A DNA stretch of 64,000 nucleotides from Octopus sinensis. Lineage: Eukaryota. The position numbers and the translations under genes were made by a program. The DNA is taken from NCBI RefSeq assembly GCF_006345805.1, contig NC_043007.1, forward strand, positions 69,068,001 to 69,132,000, in the 5' to 3' direction. This document shows positions 57,505-64,000 of the stretch, in pieces (the stretch's first letter is position 1; every line of letters begins with the position of its first letter). The notes under the pieces were generated by a model, which saw only the letters and a program-made list of their open reading frames with translations, ran no database searches and was not told the DNA's origin.

Positions 57505-57528
57505 ACATATATATATAATATATATATA

Positions 57529-57595
<67 letters not shown>

Positions 57596-57825
57596 TTGGA
57601 AAGATAGAAAAAGAGAGAGAGCGAAAGATAGAGAGAGAGGGAGGATGATTCACTAATGCTTTACTTCAATTTCATTTCACACACGTATGATCTTCTTTGT
57701 GCGAAACTTTAAATAATGTGCAGTTAATGTCAACTGTATAGTTATAAATATAAACTCTACACCATGTATTCAGTGGTCTTTTTGTTCGTTCATACACATA
57801 ATCGCATAACATCTATCACTCCATA

Positions 57826-57883
<58 letters not shown>

Positions 57884-57958
57884 TATCGCTATATATATAT
57901 ATATATATATATATGTACATTATACATATAAAATATATATATATTTATATAGTTTATG

Positions 57959-57997
<39 letters not shown>

Positions 57998-58464
57998 CAC
58001 AGACACACATACATATATATGTACGTAAGTATTTATGTCTGTATATAATAGAGAGGGAGATGGAAATAATTGTAATTGACAAATATATGCTTGTGGGGTT
58101 TATATGTCTATTTGTAACTGTAAATGACCGTATGCATGTATGGATAAATTCAGTTCATATGTGTACATGTGTGTAACAGTGTATAGATATACATATTTCT
58201 AAACGTTTGTAATGCATGTGTGAAAATTCGTGTGAATTCATATATTTATAACTGTGGATGTAGTCTTGTGTATGTCTGCTTCTGTATGATATCTCAGTGA
58301 TAACGTTTGATCTGTCGCAATGCAAAATCGTGATTGTGGAACGCATGTGCCGCGGCAGTATTCGTATGTAGTCCTGTCTTGTCTCAAAGAAATTATAATA
58401 ATAATAATAATCATTATTATTATTATCATTATTATATACAAAAACAACTAAAGGTAAACCCTAA

Positions 58465-58685
58465 TCATTTTCTCTCTGTTAGGCTTGGCCCTTTGCATGT
58501 ATGCAAGTCCACATATTCTGTGCATTCTTTGCATTTCACTTGGCAACACCAGAGAAATTTGCACTGGCACTTCTTTATCATTTTCACTGTTTCTGTATCA
58601 TATCCTCGCCCGCAGCACATTATGTCGCATCCATCGGGGCCCATTGACGTTTTGTTGCACTGGCGACCTGCTGTCCCGAGAGAAC
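58465..58685 (-). CDS. Wnt2: Terminal coding exon of a Wnt ligand, most similar to Wnt2
   Basis: [31 protein letters not shown]...[16 protein letters not shown]...DLHTCKGP has the full Wnt C-terminal cysteine pattern. The acceptor TCTTCTTTCAG lies immediately upstream (AG at 58687-58686, phase 1) and the stop TGA is at 58467-58465. The Wnt family call is near certain; the Wnt2 subfamily call is about 0.7. Confidence 0.9.
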
Positions 58686-58874
58686 CTGAAAGAAGAGTCA
58701 AAAAACAAAAATGGATATATTATGAGAAATAGTGGCTTTTTCGGTTTTTATTTTTTGATTTGAAAGAGCAATTAAAAATAACAGCAACAACAAACAATGA
58801 AGCAAAAACAAAAATATCATGATTGCGAGACAACGATTTAAACAACTACATGATTCCGCTAATTGTTTCATATA

Positions 58875-59396
58875 CCGTAAATCTTCGAGTATAGTCCGCC
58901 CTTGAGTATAATACGCAGGGAAATTTTAGGGGGCTGTATCTCTGAAAAACCTAAACCTTGTGTATAATACGCACTCCTTCTCTAACTTGAGTCGTACATA
59001 ATTAAGCCAGCAGCACCTAGTCGAACAAACACTTCCGCGCATGCGTAATACAATAATGGTGGTGTTCTTAACTGTTATATGAGAATATAAATATATTTGC
59101 AAATTGTTTTTGTTATATGTTATTCTGTGTTCTGAATACTTTTATTTTAATAAATGTTGTTTACTGCAAGTTATGGATGATTCTTTTATGACTTCATTGC
59201 TTTCAGGCTTAGCTTAAGGTATTTTCGCGCCCGACATCACAAAATGCGTCTGAATAAACATTGTCGGATAGCAAATAGAGACTCGGACATTGCTTAGAAA
59301 ATGTTTTTCATTTTTAACCTCGTATATAGTACGCACTAGGGATTTTGACCTTTAAATTTTGGGGGGAAAATGCGGATTATACTCGAGAATTTACAG
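58875..59396. mobile_element. Tc1/mariner-superfamily (pogo-like) MITE in the Wnt intron
   Basis: TIRs CCGTAAATCTTCGAGTATAGTCCGC / GCGGATTATACTCGAGAATTTACAG, with TA on both sides. Confidence 0.8.
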
Positions 59397-59708
59397 TACT
59401 AATGTCGTTGCGAGCTCACAATGGCACCTCGGCCCCGTTCACCCTTAATCAAAAGACAGGCCAAAGATGTGACGGCTAGAAGCAGAGAGAAAGTAGCATT
59501 AGCACTTGGCTGGTACTCATTTACGGCTGGGAAAATTTGAGCAATATAAAATGAAGTCCCTTACAACGTGCCACACGGAAAAGAATCCACGGTCTTACGA
59601 TGCTGATCCAAACATTCTTGCGACTAATCTGCGCACCTTCACACTCACATGCATGCGCGTACGCACACACTTACACAATTACTATTTTATACATCTACAT
59701 AGAATAAC

Positions 59709-60045
59709 AGTGGAGGCACATGGTCCAAAGGTTAGAGCAGCGGGATCGTGGTTGAGTGATCACGGGTTCGAAACTCAGACCGGAGGATGTGTGTGTTTAT
59801 GAGCGAAACCTCTAGCCTCCATACAGTTAGAGGTTTCGTTCATAAGGTCACGCTAAAAGGAAGGTAATGACAAACTTCTGCTGACTCTTTCGCCACAACT
59901 TTCTCTCACTCTTTCCTCTTGCATCTAGCATCTCACCTGCGACGGACAGGTGTCCCGTTCAGGTGGGGAACCTATACGCTAATGAAACCGGGAAACCGGC
60001 TTTTATGAGCTAAGCACGGCTCGAAAAGGAACAAACAAGAACAAC
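59709..60045 (+). mobile_element. tRNA-derived SINE with 12-bp TSD (same family as 55639-55912)
   Basis: B box GGTTCGAAAC and shared body. TSD ACATAGAATAAC at 59697-59708 and 60046-60057. Confidence 0.85.
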
Positions 60046-60254
60046 ACATAGAATAACTAGTTTCTTAAAATTAGCTCCACTATAATACAGTGTACAAACC
60101 TGAGTGGGCACTCATAGACACATGAGCAGAAACGTACATAAGCACATAAACAATACATACATATGTAAAGCTGTATAAATGTATGAGTAAACACATATGT
60201 ATATGTGTGTGTGCCTACATAGAGGTATATCTATCAATTTATCCATCTATCTGA

Positions 60255-60520
60255 CTTTTACTTGTTTTACTCATTAGACTGAGGCATGCTGGGGCACCAT
60301 CTTGGAGAATTTTAGCCAAAAGGATTAGCTTCATACACACACACATATATATATATACGACGGGCTTCTTTCAGTTTCCATCTGCCAAATCCGTTCATAA
60401 GGTTTCGGTCGGCCAGAGGTTATAGTTGAAGATACTTGCTTTGCCCCCAAGATGCCATGCAGTGGGACTGAACTCAGAACCATGTAATTGAGAAGCAAGC
60501 TTATCACACAACCACGCCAC
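60255..60520 (-). mobile_element. CORE-SINE with partly deleted 3' half
   Basis: Matches the 27377-27855 family, with an internal CA/TA tract at ~60333-60357. Confidence 0.7.
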
Positions 60521-60752
60521 ACACACATACACGCACGCACCAATTATGCTTCTCTTTTATCTTCATTCTCTCTATATGTATATAGATATATGTGTATATA
60601 CACACACATACACTCATAGTCATATACATACTACATACATACATGCATATATATATATATATATATATATAATAATATATATATATGTACTTGCGTATTT
60701 GTGCATGTGTCTGTATCCATATATACACGCATATACACGCACGCACACGCAA

Positions 60753-60785
<33 letters not shown>

Positions 60786-61426
60786 CACACACATCAATCA
60801 CATATATGTTTCTTGTTTACTTTCCTTCACACACACACAACATTCATGCATCCGAACACACATACATACATACATACATACACACACACATACATACATA
60901 CATACATACATACATACATACATACATACATACATACATACATACATACATAAGTACTTGCGTACTTTCGTACGTACCTACATACATACATACACAAACG
61001 TACACACATTATAAACAGAAAACCCCACACAGCACTCACGATACAACCAGAGATACTCACCCACATGTAAATCTGAAACATAATACCCAAGACAAGCATC
61101 CAACATCTAAAATTAATTATAGCCTGTAAATCACTAAAACCTTACCCCTACAAACAGATCATTGCCCCGTAAACAAAGGGTTACCTTTTAGGGAGACGGA
61201 ACCCGCAAAAGACGCGTGCTTGTGCATACATTCAAGGTTTAGCTGTGAAATACTTAATCCCACAGTCTCTACAGGGTCATTGACAGTAATCATTCTCTGT
61301 TAACAGGCTATTGTCCCTTTCATCTTTATCAAGACATCTAGCCTTCTACACACAACACAAACACACACGCACACACACATGCAAACACACACAAACACCA
61401 CGTATATATATATATATAATACACTT

Positions 61427-61470
<44 letters not shown>

Positions 61471-61527
61471 GTATGTACATACATGTATATATGTATACAT
61501 TTATGTTTATATGTATATGTATGTATG

Positions 61528-61558
<31 letters not shown>

Positions 61559-61559
61559 C

Positions 61560-61603
<44 letters not shown>

Positions 61604-61776
61604 TATATACGTATACATTATATGTGTTTGTGTGTATGTGGACGAGTGTGTGTCTCTGTGTGTGCACGTGGGTATCTATTAATATCTTTCTGTTTATGTC
61701 TTCTTTTCTCTGTAGATATATACGTATAGGCATACACACATATAATGGCACGCATGAATGTGTGTATGCGTGTGTA

Positions 61777-62667
61777 CGTAATCTGATCAATAACTATCCG
61801 GATTGTTGCCATAGTAGCGAAGCTACTTAGCACTTTGAGTGAAACTGATTGGCACAGATTGACCTTGCACTCTGCTGCGTATGCGTATTAGTTTCAAACG
61901 TACTAGCTCATTTCCGCTGTTTACAGCAGTGCTTGGAAAGAACGTGTGTAGCGTGTGATCGTCGCATTGACCCTGACAGAGAAAGCTGAGCTGAGAACCT
62001 GTATCAAATTTTGCCAAAAAGTTACCGAGACCTGCTCAGAGACCTACGTAAAGTTTTCAAAAAGTTTTCATCGTTCTCGACACAATCAAGGAGATTTTGT
62101 ATAACTGAAATCCAAGTGTGTTCTTGGTCAGCTGAAAGCACAGACCTGGTAGACACGCGTCTCATACTCAAAAATTTTTTAGTGATAATGGACTGAACTG
62201 AACCGTAATTAATCTGCACATCCTCTGATAACTCACGGAAAGTGATTTGACGATTTCCCCTCCGAGCTGCACGCACATCTGCGATGTTTTTCTCAGTTCT
62301 GTTCGTTGCGGGACTCCCAGAACGTTCGTCAATATCGTCATTTTCTTAGCCATCTTCAAAAAGTCTGATCCACACGTACACCTATGTGCAGCTCATACAC
62401 TCCTCTCCATACACATTCTGCAACTATGTGTACGCTTCTGAGCAGGTATCGCCATGACAGCTTTCTCTGTTATGGTTTATGTGACGATCACACGCTACAC
62501 ACCTTCCTTCCAAGCACAGCTGTAAACAGCGGAAGTGAGCTAGGAAGTCCAAACTTAGTACCCATGTACAGCAAAGTTCAAGGTCAATCTTTGCCAAGCG
62601 GCTTCACTCAGCGTTGTTTAGCATCGTCACTGCGGCAACCACCTGGATACTTATTGATCAGACCTCG
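61777..62667. mobile_element. mariner-derived element built from two inverted 5' ends
   Basis: TIRs CG..TCTGATCAATAA.TATCC with TA flanks. Inverted similarity extends over ~250 bp. Minus strand encodes VYGEECMS...ERSG.P...RQITFRELSE...SMRRVS (mariner N-terminus). Confidence 0.85.
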
Positions 62668-62704
62668 TATAATATATGTAATATATATATATATATAAAA
62701 TATA

Positions 62705-62840
62705 AATTAGAGATAAAACCACTATTATGCAACTCAAACAGTGATAGACATAAACCAATACATAAATAACAAATATATATATTTATAAAACATAATTTAT
62801 AACTAGATCTCAAAAAATATAAAAATGAATGATCAATATA
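62705..62840. repeat. End fragment of the AT-rich family seen at 9310
   Basis: AAATTAGAGATAAAACCACTATTATGCAACTCAAACAGTGATAGACATAAACCAA matches 9312-9370. Confidence 0.7.
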
Positions 62841-62968
62841 TAAGTAAAAATATTACTACTCCCTAATATTATTATTATTATTATTATTATTATATTATTA
62901 TTATTATTATTATTATTATATTATTATTATTATTATAATATATATGTGTATATATATATATATATATC

Positions 62969-63007
<39 letters not shown>

Positions 63008-63899
63008 AAGTATATATATATATATATATATACATATACAAGCATATATATAAATGCGTATATACAAGTAAACATATATATACCAAACCAAGCATTAATA
63101 AGCGTTTGCATACATTAGCTCCTCAAATCACCATATGCTGACATTCATACTCGTGCGTGCGCGTATGTGTGTGTGTGTTTGTGTTTACTTGTTCGTACAA
63201 TAAGCCACCGGAGGGAAGGTATGGACAATTAGACAAAATATTGCTGGTCAGGATCAGATAATCCTTTAGCAAAGCTCTAGCAAACCCCTTGATGTAAATC
63301 GAAAAGGGATCATAAAGGTTTATAATCCCCTACCCTACATTTCATTATTCCGGGGAAAACGGAAGGTGTTTCAAACATTTTATTTTCTCTTGAACTGGGT
63401 GTAAAAAAAATCGTTAGATTGTTTAAGGGGTGTTTAAGGAGTTGTCTGAGAGTAGGATGATAGGGTGAACTAGCTGTAGAATTTAAGGCGCAGGATGTAG
63501 AGGTGTAGGGCTGTTGAGTGTACGTGGTTTATTTACTTATACAGAAGATAGACCTTACGTTTGGTGGCGGGACAGCGACGATGACGGGGATTAAGAAGAA
63601 GAAGAAGAAGAAGAATGAGGAGGAAAGGGTGGTGGAGGAGGAGAAATGATGATGATGATGATGACGACGACGACGACGACTAGGAGGAGGGCGAGTGAGG
63701 GAGGAGGAGGGACGAGGAGGAGGGGAGGAGGGAAGAGGAGGAGTGAGTGAGGAGGAGGAGGGGGAGGAGGAGAATGAGGAGGAGGAGGAGGGGAGGGGGA
63801 GGAGGAGGATGTCGGCAACCGCAACAACAATAATGATAGTCATTTCTGCTCTAGACAAAAGTCCTGAAATTAATTGTTGGGGGGGGAAAGCGGCCAATT

Positions 63900-64000
63900 G
63901 ATTAATTACATCAACCTCAGTATTCTACTCGTACTTATTTCATCGAACCCCGAAAGGATGAAAGAGGAAGTCAACAACCTCAGCGGAATTTGAACCCCAG
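63900..64000 (-). mobile_element. Partial SINE of the 3655-3884 family, cut by the window edge
   Basis: GTACTTATTTCATCGAACCCCGAAAGGATGAAAG...GCGGAATTTGAAC. Confidence 0.65.

Noticed and set aside
58686-58701. ORF-track start MTLLS for the Wnt ORF
   Set aside because: This is intronic polypyrimidine tract and splice acceptor, not a start codon.
58700-64000. Penultimate Wnt exon (expected LVY...SPDYC)
   Set aside because: Not found on the minus strand. The DYC near 61285 is followed by a stop and lacks context.

Overview
Repeat-dominated animal genomic DNA, very probably octopus or another coleoid cephalopod (inferred from the extreme TA/CA/CATA/TATC/TAA microsatellite density and the tRNA-derived SINE families). 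The only host coding sequence I can support is the terminal exon of a Wnt gene on the minus strand (58465-58685, most similar to Wnt2); its upstream exons appear to lie beyond the window. Almost every other ORF in the track is a microsatellite translation or a transposon relic. Mobile DNA includes a near full-length Dong/R4-type non-LTR element in a (TAA)n tract, two tandem Tx1/L1-type copies in a (TATC)n tract, a CR1-type relic, several Penelope-like (GIY-YIG) relics, four SINE families, two non-autonomous Helitrons, MITEs and mariner relics. The most interesting patterns are (i) a dispersed set of minimal hammerhead-ribozyme-like motifs in Penelope-type termini, and (ii) retroelement lineages that each occupy a different microsatellite, with a SINE apparently supplying one of the targets. 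All calls were made by eye, and boundaries of degenerate elements are approximate.
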